A stretch of DNA of 51,831 bases, the filler included, from Jimgerdemannia flammicorona (taxonomy: Eukaryota), in assembly GCA_003990765.1 (NCBI GenBank). It is 2 parts of 2 records of this genome, joined end to end, with 100 filler letters (N's around TTAATTAATTAA, not from the genome) between each part and the next. Parts side by side here need not be neighbours in the genome. Positions count along the whole stretch, not along the records: positions 25,969 to 51,831 come from RBNJ01000781.1; 1 more part is not named here. One strand, 5' to 3'. Each line of letters opens with the position of its first letter. Within the stretch, counting starts at the first letter, position 1. This document shows, piece by piece, positions 35,556-48,441 of this stretch. Made by a program: the position numbers and the translations under genes. The notes beneath the pieces are model-generated. The model was not told the DNA's origin, searched no databases, and saw nothing but the letters and a program-made list of their open reading frames with translations.

Positions 35556-38500
35556 ATGAATAGTATAACCAACATTTTTTCTTTAAATATGAATGGGCTG
35601 AGGAGTACCTTTCAATGTAGAAACATTTTTACTTGGCTGAAGGGATTGGAGGCCAATCTCTTCCTATTGCAGGATATTTGGTATGAAGATGATTTGGATA
35701 GGCTAGATTGGACAAAGAAATGGGGAGGAAAGGCAGTTTGGAAGGGCAAGATGGGAATTCTGGTTCAGAAAGGCAGAGGGAAGATATGGGACATGAGGAG
35801 CTGGGGGAATAGACTGATCTAGAGAGAATAGATATGTATAGGTTGGGAGCCAGTCATGGTGGGCTCTTGTTATTGTCCCATTATACAGGGTGAGCATGTG
35901 GATTGGGTGTGGGGTCTCTAGGAGAGTGGGGTTCTTGCAGAAGCTGGAGTGGATGTGCTTGGTAGAGATTTCAATATGGTCCAGAATATGTGGTTGGATA
36001 GAATGGATGGTGGCCAGGGAGCTGAGACTAAGAGTGGAGGGCTGGTGGTTTGGGAGGAAGTAGAAAGGCTTAGTACTTTGGTAGATGCAGGTAGGAAGTA
36101 CTGGGGAGATAGGAGAGTATACACACATTGGACAGAGGGTCTGGAGACAAGGATAGACTAGATTCTGATAGCTAGCTACTGGGGTTTCAATGTCTGGAAG
36201 TCACTGGAGGTGGAATGGTGTCCATGGTCAGATCATTGGGGGCTGTTAGGACAAGGTCATTTCAGGGGGAGTGGGGATGGGTCTGGACATTGGCACCTTA
36301 ATACCTCTTTACTAGATAATTAGATATAGTGGGATGAGTGGGCTGAAGACATATAACTGAGGGTGACAAACTGGAGACAGGAAGGTGTCCCTGTTGGTAT
36401 TTGGTAGATGAGGCTGAAAGAGAGGGCAAGGGTCTACTGGAGTGAGGCTGGCAAGGAGGTGGGGAAGCAGAGGAGGTGATAAGTGAGATGGGCCACTGGT
36501 AGGCTGTCTAGACTCTTAGAGGATTGGGCAGGCCTTGCAATATCAGTGGGAGGTGAGAACTGGAGGTTGAGGAGGGCTAAATTAGAAGTTGGTAAATTGC
36601 AACAGATATTGTGGGAAGAGGAGGAGGCCAGGGTACAGAGCTTGGCAGTGCGACTTCATTGGCAGGGTTTAGAGGAAGGGGAGAGGCCCTTGAAGTATCT
36701 CACAAGGGCCCTTCAGGTGAGAAGGGTGCAGCAATGATAGGAGGGAGTGATTGACTCCAATGGTATACTGGTACATAGTATACAAGACATTCTTGGATTG
36801 CTTAAGAAGTAGTGGAGTGAATTGTGGAGTGAGGAGGAGGGTGGAGCAGACCCTGATACCATTGATCAGACATTGGAGAATTGGCACCCCCCACAAGTGG
36901 ATGGGCTGGAGGACTTGGTGTGGCCAGTGCAAGAAGAAGAGATCTGCCAGGTTCTTGCAGCAACAATGCTGGGTACTATATCTGGGGAGGACAGTCTGCC
37001 CTGAGACTTCTGGAAGAAAATGGTGAGAGTTCCTAGAATACTGGGTGAGATGACAGCACTGTATAACTTTATCCTACAGACAGAGAGATGGGTAGGAGAG
37101 CAGGATCTGGGGCTGGTGATACTGCTTTATAAGAACAAAGGAAGGAGAGAGGACTGGAAGAACTGGTGGCTGATTATGCTACTGGATATGGACAGAAAAT
37201 TGATTATGAAGGTGGTTGTCATGAGGCTACAGAAGGTGGCCCAGCAAGTTTTAGGTGATGAGCAGAGGGGCTTTATAGGCAGCCAGCTCATTAGGGATGG
37301 CATGGCCTGGGTGCATGGAGTTATCAAAAAGGCACAAGCTTGTGGACTGGATGGAAGACTAGTCTTCTTGGATCAGGAGAAGGCTTATGACTGGGTGCAG
37401 CAAGTCTGGCTAGTAAAAGTATTAGACAGAACTGGAGTTCCACACCAGTTCCAGTTGGCAATGATCAGCCTATTGGAAGGGAGTAGGGCTGCACTCATTT
37501 GTAATGAACATAGAGGGGTATCATTCCCCCTGGGAAGGGGTGTTCCACAGAGAGACCCACTGTCCTCCATTCTGTATGCTCTTTCACTAGAACTCCTTGT
37601 GGATAAAATCCAGAGGAAGATAGAAGAGCTCACCATCTTTGGAATTGGGTGGAAAGTTGGAGCCTTTGCAGATGATATGATGGTTGGCCTAGAATCTATT
37701 ACTGATATTGAAGAGCTAAAGAAGACAGTGGAGTGGTATGAGATGAACTCAGGGGTCAAACTCAACTGACATAAGTGTGAGACAATGGTATTGGGTAATG
37801 GCCTGGTGGGGGGAGACATTATTGGAACTATTGTTCCTACTGGCGAGGCAGTATGGTACCTGGGCATTTACCTGTCAGTATATGGATCAGTACTTTCTAG
37901 GAACAGCGAATAGAAGTCTGGGGGGAGGCCCTGCAGAGCTGGGGAGGTTGCTATTTGTCTCTGGCAAGGCATATCTCAGTCTTGAATGTCTATTGGCTGC
38001 TGAAGTTGTGGTACCTGGCATAACATTTGGACTTTTCAGCCTGGGTGATAAAGAGACTATTGAAGCTGGCCAAAGGGTGGATCTGGGCTGGGAGAAGAAG
38101 TCAAATCAGTTGGAAGATCTTATCCTTACTAGTGGAAAGAGGAGGTCTTGGACTGGTTGACTTCCCGAAGAGGTTACATTATCTGAGAGCATAGTGGTTG
38201 AAGAGAGTGATGGAGCTGAGAGGGGGCAGTTGGGTTCTACTCTTGCAGAAAGTTTAGGAGTTGAGGTCTTTTCCAAGAGGCTTGACAGAAGATCTCCTAT
38301 CATTAATTGGGCTTCAGAACATTGCCCAATTATGCTATAAAGATTTCTGATAGGGTGTAGTAGAAGGGGCACACTATATTGGAATTCATTGGTAAGAAAA
38401 TGAAGGAGAAGAGGCTTGGGACCCAGCAATATGGAGATGAGATCGAGTGTTGCTGGGAGGTGTGCCCTTATTCGAGTTTGACATTGGTGATGAGATAGAT

Positions 38501-39200
38501 TGCCAACAAGGACCAGGCCAGGATCTGTGGCCTAGCGAATGGCAGGGGGTGGATATTGGAGAGGAGTGGGACTGGCATGGCATTTGAGCATGGAGTGCTG
38601 AGGTGCAGAAGTGGATGCCACTGAAGTACTGGGTGATCTGGTGGCATATGTTGAGGAGAAATGTCATGCTCAACTTCTGTTTGGGCCACCTTGTTGAGGG
38701 GGGTTGTTTTGACTATGAGGAGTGCCACAATATAGGGCAGATTAGGGGATATGTGTAGATACCTAAATATTGGCTAGGAGAGTGCAAGATACTTAGTGAC
38801 TTTTGGAGAGCTGTTGGGGATTATTTGAGAGTAGCTTATAGGAGACATGGTATATGGGACAGGTGGGAGGACTTGAGAGACAGACTGGTGGTGGGGGTGG
38901 GAAAGGAGTAGCTCACATTAGGTTGGGTTTTGGCAATTTGGGTGGGGTTGGCAGGTTACTGGTTGTTTGTTTTTAAAGGTAGGAGGTGACAGAGCCTGGA
39001 GGATCAGCTGCTGTGCTGGTATAGACTTATGGAAGACACTCTGACAGGCTGGTGGCTTGGTTGGAGATTGCAGAGTAGGTGAAAGTATTGCTTGGTAGAG
39101 AAGATTTGTGGGCAGAGTGGGGGTAGGGTGAGAGTGATAGGTACAAAGGTGACTTTTATTGATAATATTGTAGGGAGAGGTTCTCCCATGGGGATTGGGT
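35556..39200 (+). pseudogene. LINE copy 2 ORF2 (APE endonuclease, RT, C-terminal Cys/His)
   Basis: SLNMNGL, DFN, TRID, SDH; DQEKAYD, GVPQRDPLS, AFADD. Confidence 0.94.
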
Positions 39201-39264
39201 AGTGAGAGGTGATATTATATACTTATTTATAGAATGGTAATAAATGGCGAAGTCCAAGTAACTA

Positions 39265-39313
<49 letters not shown>

Positions 39314-40789
39314 TATAATAAATGGACTTCTCCAACTTAAATAGTATAGCATAGAACTATCTGATCATTTCTGCTACATATCAGTGCTCTAGTTGAGAGA
39401 ATGTTCTCTGATGAGAAGAATCTTGTTTTCTCTAAGAAGTATATACTCAATACTGAGACAATCTGGGCTTATATATACTTAAAGTCTTAGTAGAGTATAG
39501 ACTACTAATTTATATAATAATATGAAATAAATTATTTATAATAGAGTTTCTTCAGAAAAATATAGTTTTGGCAAATTAAGAGATATAAGAAATTGGTAGA
39601 GAGAGTATATTGAATTTGCAGCTCTCCACCTACTATGAGAAATAACTCCAAGTAGTCAGAAAGTAAAAAGAAGAATTAGTAGAGAGAGTATACAAATAAG
39701 CTCCTTTCTCTACTACTATACTAATTATAAGATTTTAGTAAGTAACCTTCTAAGTCTCTTTTCTATAACTTTTACTCTTTCTATCTTAGATTGATTTATT
39801 ATACTTATTACAGAATAGTAAGAGAGAGATAATGGTGATAAGTTACTCCTTTATTAGTATCAGATTAGTATTTATTTTACTTTTTCACAATTTCTGATAT
39901 CTCTGGCTATATCTGAGATATATCTGTTTTAGTACAGTACTTTCTTTCTTTTATTATTATTAATAAGATATCATCTCAGTATATTATAAATTATATAGAG
40001 AGTTAGCCAATCTTAGGTGACAAGTATCAGTAAAGTTTCTGACAGATTCTCAGTATCTATAGTGAGCTCTCTAAGTTTTGATAAACTTTCTAATATTATA
40101 GTTCTGGTATAGATAACTGCTTTTTGAGTAGTATCAGGATGGGAGAAAAGATAACTATTATAGATAAGTAGAAGAATAATTATAGTAGACCAGTTGAGTA
40201 CCAGACTAGTAAAAGTCATCAGAGCTGATGCAAGTGATATATCAGTGGGGCTTTCTGATTATATAGAGTAGTTAGATGATAGATATTACTCTCAGTAGCT
40301 CTTAGCAATATATAAGATTAAGCTTCAGTCATTTGGAGTTATTGGGGGGTCTGAGGCTATCTAGGTCAGATATTTAGACTATTCTTAAATTGAACTAAGA
40401 GCTAATATAGAGATATAATTAAGGCCTATAGACTTGAGTAGTGGGGTATTGGGAGTCTTCTCTCACTTTATATATAAGTTCTTCACTTATTTCATTAGAG
40501 AGAATAAGATCCTACCTATTATTTAGTATCTTTTTGAGGAGTTTTCTTTATCTGTTACTCTGTTTGAGGTAGTGAGAGCTTTGCTATCCAGCTCTGATAT
40601 AGTTTTGTATATATATTTTCAATTATTAGTATATAGTTATTTTTTCTTTGATAGTAGAGAGAGTATAATATATAGAATGAGATATGGGCTTTTAGCTCTA
40701 CTGTATCTGGTATAATAAAGCTACTAGACAATAGTAAGTCTAGATTAATAGAGGTATAGTGTTTAGGATAGGAGATAGAAGAGGGTTTT

Positions 40790-41150
40790 GGTCTATAACT
40801 CTTTACTTGTTATAAAGAGTAATCCCAAGCAGCTAGAAGAAAAAAAAGAAAAATTAGTAGAAAGAGTATGTAGAATTTATAATTCTTTGACTACTATAAA
40901 GAGTAACTCTAAGTAGTCAGAAGATAAAAAGAAGAATCAGCAGAGGAAGTATACAGAATTTACAGCTCTCTGCCTATTGTAAAGAGTAATCTCAAATAGC
41001 TAGAAGGTAAAAAGAAGAATCAGCAGAGAGAGCATACAGAATTTATGGCTCTCTGCCTACTATATAGAGTAATTCTAAGCAGCCAGAAGGTAAAAAAGGA
41101 GAATTGGCAGCCCTATTATCTATTGTAAGAAGCAGCTTCAAGTAGTTAGA
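40790..41150. repeat. ~83-bp tandem repeat, ~4 copies, with a related block at ~39585-39720
   Basis: AAGAGTAA..C.AAG.AG..AGAAG.TAAAAAGAAGAAT units starting ~40811, 40895, 40978, 41061. Confidence 0.88.
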
Positions 41151-42279
41151 ATCTGGTATAGTTTCAGATCTCATGAGTATTCTGGTCTTGTACAGAAGTA
41201 CTATATCAGTAGCATTCTATAGTAGGATCAAGAGATCAGTAGGACTTAGCAAGAAGGCTAAACTAATATTAAAAAAAATACATCCAAACTACTTATCTCT
41301 TATAAAACTGCTCTACTTACTATTTTTAAGCTATAATAAGTCTATTATCTATTATAAGTATGACAATAGCTATATCTGAGCTCTCTTAAAAGATAGTGAT
41401 ACTATGAAGATTATGTGGCTAAAATAAGACTACTGTATTGATCACAAATGATATCCTGAAGCTATAAGTGAGATTATATCAGATATTTCTACTGCTCTCA
41501 CAAGTGGGGTTCTTTTTTTCCAGAATATAGAATATTACTGGAGTAATATTATTATATATATATATAAATATAGAAATATTATATCTAATATAACTCAATA
41601 GAATATGAGTATATAGTTATATAAACTCTTGGTCCAGAATCTTATACTGCCAGATAGTACTGGAGGAGATTTGTCTTTTATTAAGTCTCAGGAGCTCTGG
41701 CTTGGATATCTGCCAAAACAGATTAGTATCTGATCAATTCTTTTATTCTATAAGTAACTCTCTCTCTCTATCATATAAATAGTCAAGTACTTATCTCATA
41801 CAGTATACTAAATTGTACTAAGAATATATATATATATAGCCATACTGAGAGTATTATCAAACTGGTCTACTGTTTACTCTAGTAATCTACTTAAAGATTT
41901 TCAGATCATAGCTGCTATTATTATATAGGTCATATCATACTTACTATAATATAGCAGATATATAACTAGAAAAATATAGCAGATTTCTATAACTCTTCTT
42001 GACTCCTCAGAGTTATAAGTAGTATCTGTCTGATCTTATTATCAGACTATCAGGATGAGGCTCAAACTCTTTTGATCTGAGGTTTATTCACTCTAGATAC
42101 TGGGATATTTATATAAGTTTACTAGCTATAAGATGGCTAAGTTATATCTATATTTCCTATAAGTTACTTTTTATAAGTATAGATCCTCTATATCTGTAAA
42201 ATCTTTATGATTGTGAAGATTTTATATCTATGAAATCTCTATATTTGTAAAATGACTACTATTTATAAGACTATATTAT

Positions 42280-42734
42280 TGTAATGTAGCAGATGCTAAA
42301 ATGGGCAAGTACATCAGATTTCTTTATCTTGAATTCTTGTCTTCTTGACTCCCAGAGTCAGTAGTTCCTTAAGGCCAAATGTGTTTAAGAGGTAATTCTG
42401 AAGGTCCTTTTATTGGTATACTTGTTCTTTTTCTAACACTTTTGATCTGAGGTTTATTCACTTGAAGATACTGGGTTATTTATACAAGTTTGCTAGCTAT
42501 GAGATGGCTTCTGAGTTATGTGGCTAAGTTATGAGTTATTTAGACAATATCTAGAAATTTAGACAATGTTGAAATACTATACTAAATCAGGGTATTCGAT
42601 TTGGACAATGTCTAGAAATTTAGACAATGTCGAAATTGGTGACTGCTAACTATAAAGCTATACTACTTTGGGAATAGGTGCTATCAAGTGTCTATTCCCT
42701 ATTTCCTTCTTCCTAATTCAGCTATACTGTCACA
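42280..42734 (-). repeat. Element E 3' LTR (455 bp)
   Basis: Direct repeat of 48442-48837 with an extra ~60-bp internal duplication. Confidence 0.96.
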
Positions 42735-42771
42735 ACTTCCTCCTGAATAGATGGTCTCATCCCTGAGGCAT

Positions 42772-43233
42772 CTATTCAAACTCCCAGGCTTCAACCATCT
42801 GTATGATCTTATACTGTGCAATTTGCTGCATGACTGTTTCCCAATGATGTCTTCTTACTTTCTCGAAGTTGGTAGGGGTTACTTCTCTCAGGTAGTCTAT
42901 TGCTGGTTCATCTTCTCAGAATAACTTGTGGATCCTTTTGGCAATAGTGATCTGTGAGTGGGAGAGCTGACACTTGGCAATCCAGTCCTCTTTGGTCTTT
43001 GCTGGATCCTGATTGAGCACCTGCTCAAGCTTGAAGTACTCTTGGAATTCTGCCTGATACTGATAGGCTCTAAAGTGTGAGATCTGAGAGAGATGAGTCT
43101 GCACAATACTCTGAATATCCTCATAGTATGCCTCTATGGTCAGAGGCTCAGTGGTGTGCCATTGTCTTTCGATGGCTCTTTGGGCAGCACTAGTGATCTT
43201 GAGTACCATCGTGGTGCTTCGGTTATTGGCCAT
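42772..43233 (-). pseudogene. Element E post-integrase accessory ORF (153 aa, one internal TGA), HTH-like
   Basis: ORF 42916-43233 continues in frame EDEPAIDYLREVTPTNFEKV...WEFE* to 42772. Confidence 0.78.
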
Positions 43234-43234
43234 G

Positions 43235-45841
43235 GTACTTCTTGAGTTAGTTTTGATGAATGGTAGTGGGGATTATTGTACCTGAGGGCTTTCATAGCCA
43301 GAAAGTAGTCCCTTTTATATCTTGTACCAGATAAGGTCCTTTCCACTTGAGCTCCAATTTTCGTGACCAAGAAGCTTCTACCATGTTCCGATATACTAGA
43401 ACTTCATCTCCTATCTTAATAATCTCCAGGGGCTTATGGGTTTTTTCCGCATTATTCTGTTGTAGTGCCTGCACCTTGATTATGTAATTCTCTGCCTTTT
43501 TCCTGATCTGGTGTAATCTCCATATCTCCATGTCCACATGCTTCCAAATTGTATTATTACTTGCTGACAAACTTCCACCAGAACTTTCTTTGCCAAATAG
43601 CATTTCTTGTAGTATAAAATGGGTGCTTTGTGATCATATATCCTGCAGAGTGGATAATGCTATTGGAAGATAGTGGTCCCAGTTTCCATATTCATTACAG
43701 ATCATAGCGATGATGTTCTTGAGGGTCTTGTTGGTTCTCTCTGCTTGTTCATTTCCTTGTAGGTGATACGCAGTGATCTTGATGTGTTGGATCTTGTACT
43801 TCTTGTAAAGAATCTCATGAAACTGGTTGACAAATTCTGTTCCTCTATCTGTGGTAACTTGCTTTGGGGTCTTGAATCAGCAGATGATTTCTCTGTGCAA
43901 GAAATTGGCAATTGACTGTGCATTGGCTTCCTTGAGTGGCCCAGCCTCTATCCATTTTGTAAACAGGTCTACTATTACAATGACATATTAGTTGCCAGTC
44001 AATGTCATGGGTAGAGGGCCAATTATATCCATTGCAATGTGGGCAAATGGTATTGGTTCGATGTCTGCTGATCCAGGGGCTTGATTCCATTGGTCTTGTT
44101 TCTGTTTCTGGCATTTGTCACAAGTTCTGACAAATTGTCTGATATCTTCTTCCATCCAGGCCACTACATGGTTCTTCTTGCTTTGTCATATGTATTTATT
44201 CCTCAGGATGACTAATTGTTGTCTTTTCTTGAGTATTTCTCCATTAGTTTCAAATTGTTTCCATGTCCGATTAATAATTGTTTTTGTCCATTCTTCCAGA
44301 TGCGAAGGCATCTTTCACTGCCCCAGATAGCTGATGATTCCATAGTACAGCTCCTTATTCATGGTGATTTTGTGGGGGTGGGGTCCTTCAGGATGTCCAT
44401 GAGAGGGTGTCAGCATTGGCGTTGGTTCTTCCAGGGTGGTGGGTGATTGTGGCATCATATGCTTGCAGCTTCATGATCCATCAGGCATAGATTCCTTTGG
44501 GCTCACTGGTAGTGAGCAACCAGGTGAGTGCCAAATGATCTGTCTGGATGGTAAAGTATCTGCCAGCCAGATAGTAGTGGAATTTCTCCACAGCCCAGAT
44601 GACTGCAAGGCATTCCAGCTTATAAGACTTATAGGACTGCTCTGCCCCATGAGTACCTCGGCTGAGATAGGCTACCACGTATTCGGCACCATTTTTCTTT
44701 TATGCAAGGACAGCTCCAAGTCCCATTGCACTGGCATCTATTTGCAGAATAAACTCCTGAGTCCAGTCAGGTCTTCTCAAGATTGGGGCCTGGGTCAATC
44801 TGATCTTAGCTCATCGAAGGCTAGTTGCTGCTGCTGAGTCCACTGGAACTTAACCTCTTTTCTGAACAGATCATAGATAGGGCTGGCGATGTGGGAGAAT
44901 CTTCTAATAAATCTTCTGTAGTAGGATGCAAGTCCCATGAAGGCTCGGGCTTCCATGATGCTGGTAGGTACTGGGTATGCTGCTACTGCTTTGATATTTG
45001 TGGGGTCTGTGTGTGTTTCTTCACGGTTGATAATGTATCCAAGATATGCGATCTCTTCTTCTCTGAACTTGCATTTCTTGGGCTTGATGTAGAGGCCATA
45101 TTTGTGAAGCCTTCTGAGGATTTCCTCAACATGTTCCAAGTGCTCCTTGGCTGTTCGGCTGAAGATGATCATATCATCTATATATACCATCATCCATTTT
45201 TCCATAACATCCCTGAAGATGCTATTCATCATTCACTGGAAGCTTGCTGGTGTATTGCACATTCCAAAGGGTATGCAAAGATAGACATAGATTCCATTAG
45301 AAGTGATGAATGCTGATCTTTTGCTGGCTTCAGGTGTAAGGCTGATTTGGTAGAATCCTGAGAACAGATCCAGGGTGGTGTAGAATCATGATTCATTCTC
45401 CAGTATAATAAGAATATCACTAATGTTTGGCAATGGTTGTCTGTCCTTCTCTGTGACCTCATTGAGTCTTCTATAGTCTGTGCAGAGTCTTGGTGTAAAT
45501 TCTCCTGGTTGGCTTCCTTTCTTTGGTGCAAGGATGATGGGAGAGAACTAAGGGCTGCTGGCTTCTTCAATGATACCAAATTCCTCCATTTCCTTGATCT
45601 CTGTCTTAAGCCATTCTCTGTATGCTGGTGGAATAGAGTGGGCCTTCTGATAGATTGGCTTTGCATCTCCAGTATTGACATCATGATAATACAAGGGTTT
45701 CTTAGTCTTGATGTCCTTGAAATCTATGGCCAGTACATCCTTGAATGTATGCAAGAGGCTCTGCAATTCTTCCCTGAGGGGGAAGTTTCTTCCGATTGTG
45801 TAGGTGTGTTTGTCTTGGCTTTCCTCCTTCTTGTGCTCCAA
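43235..45841 (-). pseudogene. Element E RT, RNase H, integrase
   Basis: [39 protein letters not shown]. Confidence 0.95.
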
Positions 45842-45869
45842 TTCGGTGATCTTAGTTGCTGTGAGGACT

Positions 45870-46275
45870 CCTCTTCCTATAGAGCCAAATCCAGCTCTCC
45901 CTTACTGAGTTTGTCTGATGTTTGCAACCTCCTTGATTCTTGGATTAAGGACAGGTAGGATGAGCATTTGTGCCAGCCAATCCTTCTTCCTTACTTCAAA
46001 TGGGATTGTTGGGTTGTGGTTCCTGGTGAGGAGAAGGATTTCTCCAGTATAATCTGAATCGATGACTCCTCCTTCTATAGATATTTCGCTTTTCGCCAGG
46101 CTACTCCTTGTCTTGAGAATTCCAACATGGTTTGGTGGGATGGTTTCTTTAATTCCTGTTCCTAGAATGGTAGTGGTCTGTGGTTCGAGTATTGTATGTA
46201 TAGTAGTAGATAGGTCTATTCCAGCTGCATTCTCCAACTTGTACTGTGGTATGACTGTATCAGGGTGAATCCTTC
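45870..46275 (-). pseudogene. Element E trimeric dUTPase
   Basis: AAGIDL, RSSLA, GGVIDSDYTGEI, LAQM, GFGS. Confidence 0.94.
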
Positions 46276-47068
46276 ATATCTGGACTGTAATATCTTCATC
46301 CTCATCATCACTGTCATCCAATAACTCTGGTGGTCCATCTTCTAGTTCCTCCTGGTTTTTCTTTGGCTTGTTGGTAATCTTCTTCATCTCAATGATACAA
46401 GAGTAGCAGTGATCTAAGTGCTGGGCACAGTACATTCTTTCACCATGGGGGCACCTTCCTAGTAGGGTATATCCATCTGTGATTCTTATATACCATTCTT
46501 CCTCTGTCAATTGCTTGTCTTTTCCTTTCTTTGTAGTAACCATGTAGGCTTCTTCTTCTTGGTCTTCCTCCATCTCAGGGCAGACTCCTTTGTGGACATT
46601 GATGGAAATTCTAATCTTCTTTCCCTGGTAGATGATCTGCATCTTCTATACACTGAGATCGATTATTGCCTTGGCTTTGTAAAGCCACTGATTGCCGATG
46701 AGAATATCGTAGTTGGTTGCATTGGTGACAATGACATCCACAGAGATAGTAGCTTCACCAAACTTGATTGGTACATCCCAGATCTTTCCCAAAGATGTTA
46801 CTTGTATTCCATTAGCTGTGACAAACACCAATTTGGTGGCTTCTTCTATCTCCCAGCCTAGGCAGTCTACTGCTTTTTTAGTGATGAGATATCCTCCAGC
46901 TCCTGTATCGATGATAGCTTCAAAGACTTGATCCTCAATCTGGCAGGTAGCATAGGCTGATGTTTTTCGATTATCTTCACTCTCTTCATCTGAATCTTCT
47001 TGTGCATTGTTGGCTTCAACTATTCTCCAACCTTGGTCCTTGCTGATGTCTGAAATTCCTATTCTCAT
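46274..47068 (-). pseudogene. Element E aspartic protease plus Cys/His spacer
   Basis: AIIDTGA, YDILIG; GRCPH..CYSC. Confidence 0.93.
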
Positions 47069-48343
47069 TTATTGTCTGAATGTGGGAATTTCTGCTAGTT
47101 GGCCAAAGGTTGCATTGACTTTTTGGTCCTTGAGGTCCTTGAAGATGTCATACTTGAAGGTCTTGCTTTTGCGCAATTTCTGCTCCTTCTTTCCTTCACT
47201 TGATAGGGTGGTATTTCAGATGATATCTTCTACTGCTTGATCAAGTTTGGCATCCTGTTCCAGCTCCATTTCTTGATCAGCTTCGCTCTCTGGGTCTCAT
47301 TTCTGATGACAACTTCTGGTTGCTTTGTTTGTGTCTGGGTCTTCTTAGGAGGTCTGCCTGGAGGTCTTTTGTAGGGGCTGGATCGGACATCCTTCTTGCT
47401 TGAGGTGGCAGGGTAAGCTTCTCATTCCTTCCTCTTTTCCTCGGATTCTCCAATCTCCTCGAAGGTGATAGTGTTTACTTGTTCACGGTTCCTGGTTGCA
47501 TTGCTTGGATTGGTCTTTTGCTTGGTTTCCATCATACATTCGGAGGCATAGTGGCCTTCTTCTCTGCAATTGTAGCACATTATTGATCATCTTGCATTTG
47601 TAGTGGCAAACTTCTATACTGGCTTCTTTTTGAATTCCTTGACTATATCACTGAGGTGTGCTGTCATTTCCGCAAACTGCTTGACCAGTTCCTCCATTGG
47701 GTTGACCCTTCTCTGGTCTTGTGATTGTGGTTGTTGTTGTGTATTTCGATTAACTATAGCAGCTGGGACTGTATTGGTAATTCTTAGTGCTTGTTCGATT
47801 TTGACTCCAGTTATCCTTTCCATTATATGGCCTTGAGGGTGTCTGGCAGTCCAGTATCTTTGGGCATAGGTAACTTTCTATCCCAGGTCCAGTAGTACTG
47901 GAGTAGATCAAATGGCTAAAGCAATTTCTTGGTAAATGTCTTTCATGAAGGTATTCTCAGCCACTTGGTCTTGAACTGCATCGGGGTAGTCAGCAAGGAC
48001 TATTTGATATCAGATTCTTGTATAGAATGTGTTTGGGTCTTCAGACATTCCTTGGCAGATAGTATTCAGTTGATCTTTGAGTGCCTGTTTGATTTCATCT
48101 GTATAGTAGGTTGCTCAGAGCCAGGTCTTGAAAGCTATAATTCTTGCTGGATCATTGGCTGCTTATACATTGGCTGCAGTAAATGTGGTTCTTGCTGGGC
48201 CTCAGAGACTTACAGAGAGTAGGGCTACTTGTTGTACTGCACTTAAGGTCCTTACAGCAGCATACTGCTTGAAATCATCAATGAAGGTGATGATTGATTC
48301 ATTGGACATATATCCATGGAATACAGGGGGTCTCATATCCATT
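47069..48343 (-). pseudogene. Element E Gag
   Basis: MRPPVFHG..ESIITFIDDF; zinc knuckle CYNCREEGHYASEC at 47536-47577. Confidence 0.88.
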
Positions 48344-48441
48344 CTGTCTGATTGTGTTGTGTGGGTTCTGGTTGCAGTTGTTCGTTGTTCAGCTTGAAAG
48401 TGAGGGATTCGTCTTGAATCACCAGCCAATGGGCACCAAGT

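Larger units (their letters stand above)
33417..39310 (+). mobile_element. LINE copy 2: full-length L1/Tx1-like non-LTR retrotransposon
   Basis: 17-bp TSD AGATATRATAAATGGAC (33400-33416, 39311-39327); poly(A) 39268-39310; ORF1 plus ORF2. Confidence 0.96.
31100..39492 (+). pseudogene. hAT transposase remnant split by two retroinsertions (pieces ~31100-31350, 32617-33399, 39328-39492)
   Basis: FAIPVYNLLIDQLE; GYLKLRKYYSK; dimerisation-domain-like FSNLNSIA*NYLIISAT/SALVERMFS...LNTETI...LKS; left limit uncertain. Confidence 0.75.

Noticed and set aside
33513..38728. Long minus-strand Ser/Thr/Pro-rich ORFs such as 33800-34606
   Set aside because: Antisense to the G-rich LINE ORFs; compositional artefact.
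41150..41940. Possible decayed host or transposase coding sequence
   Set aside because: No motif recoverable by eye; cannot support a call.
48344..48429. Gag start overlapping the PBS (MAGDSRR...)
   Set aside because: The track start is a TTG inside the PBS; the first ATG is at 48343, so the conserved stretch may be a non-coding leader.
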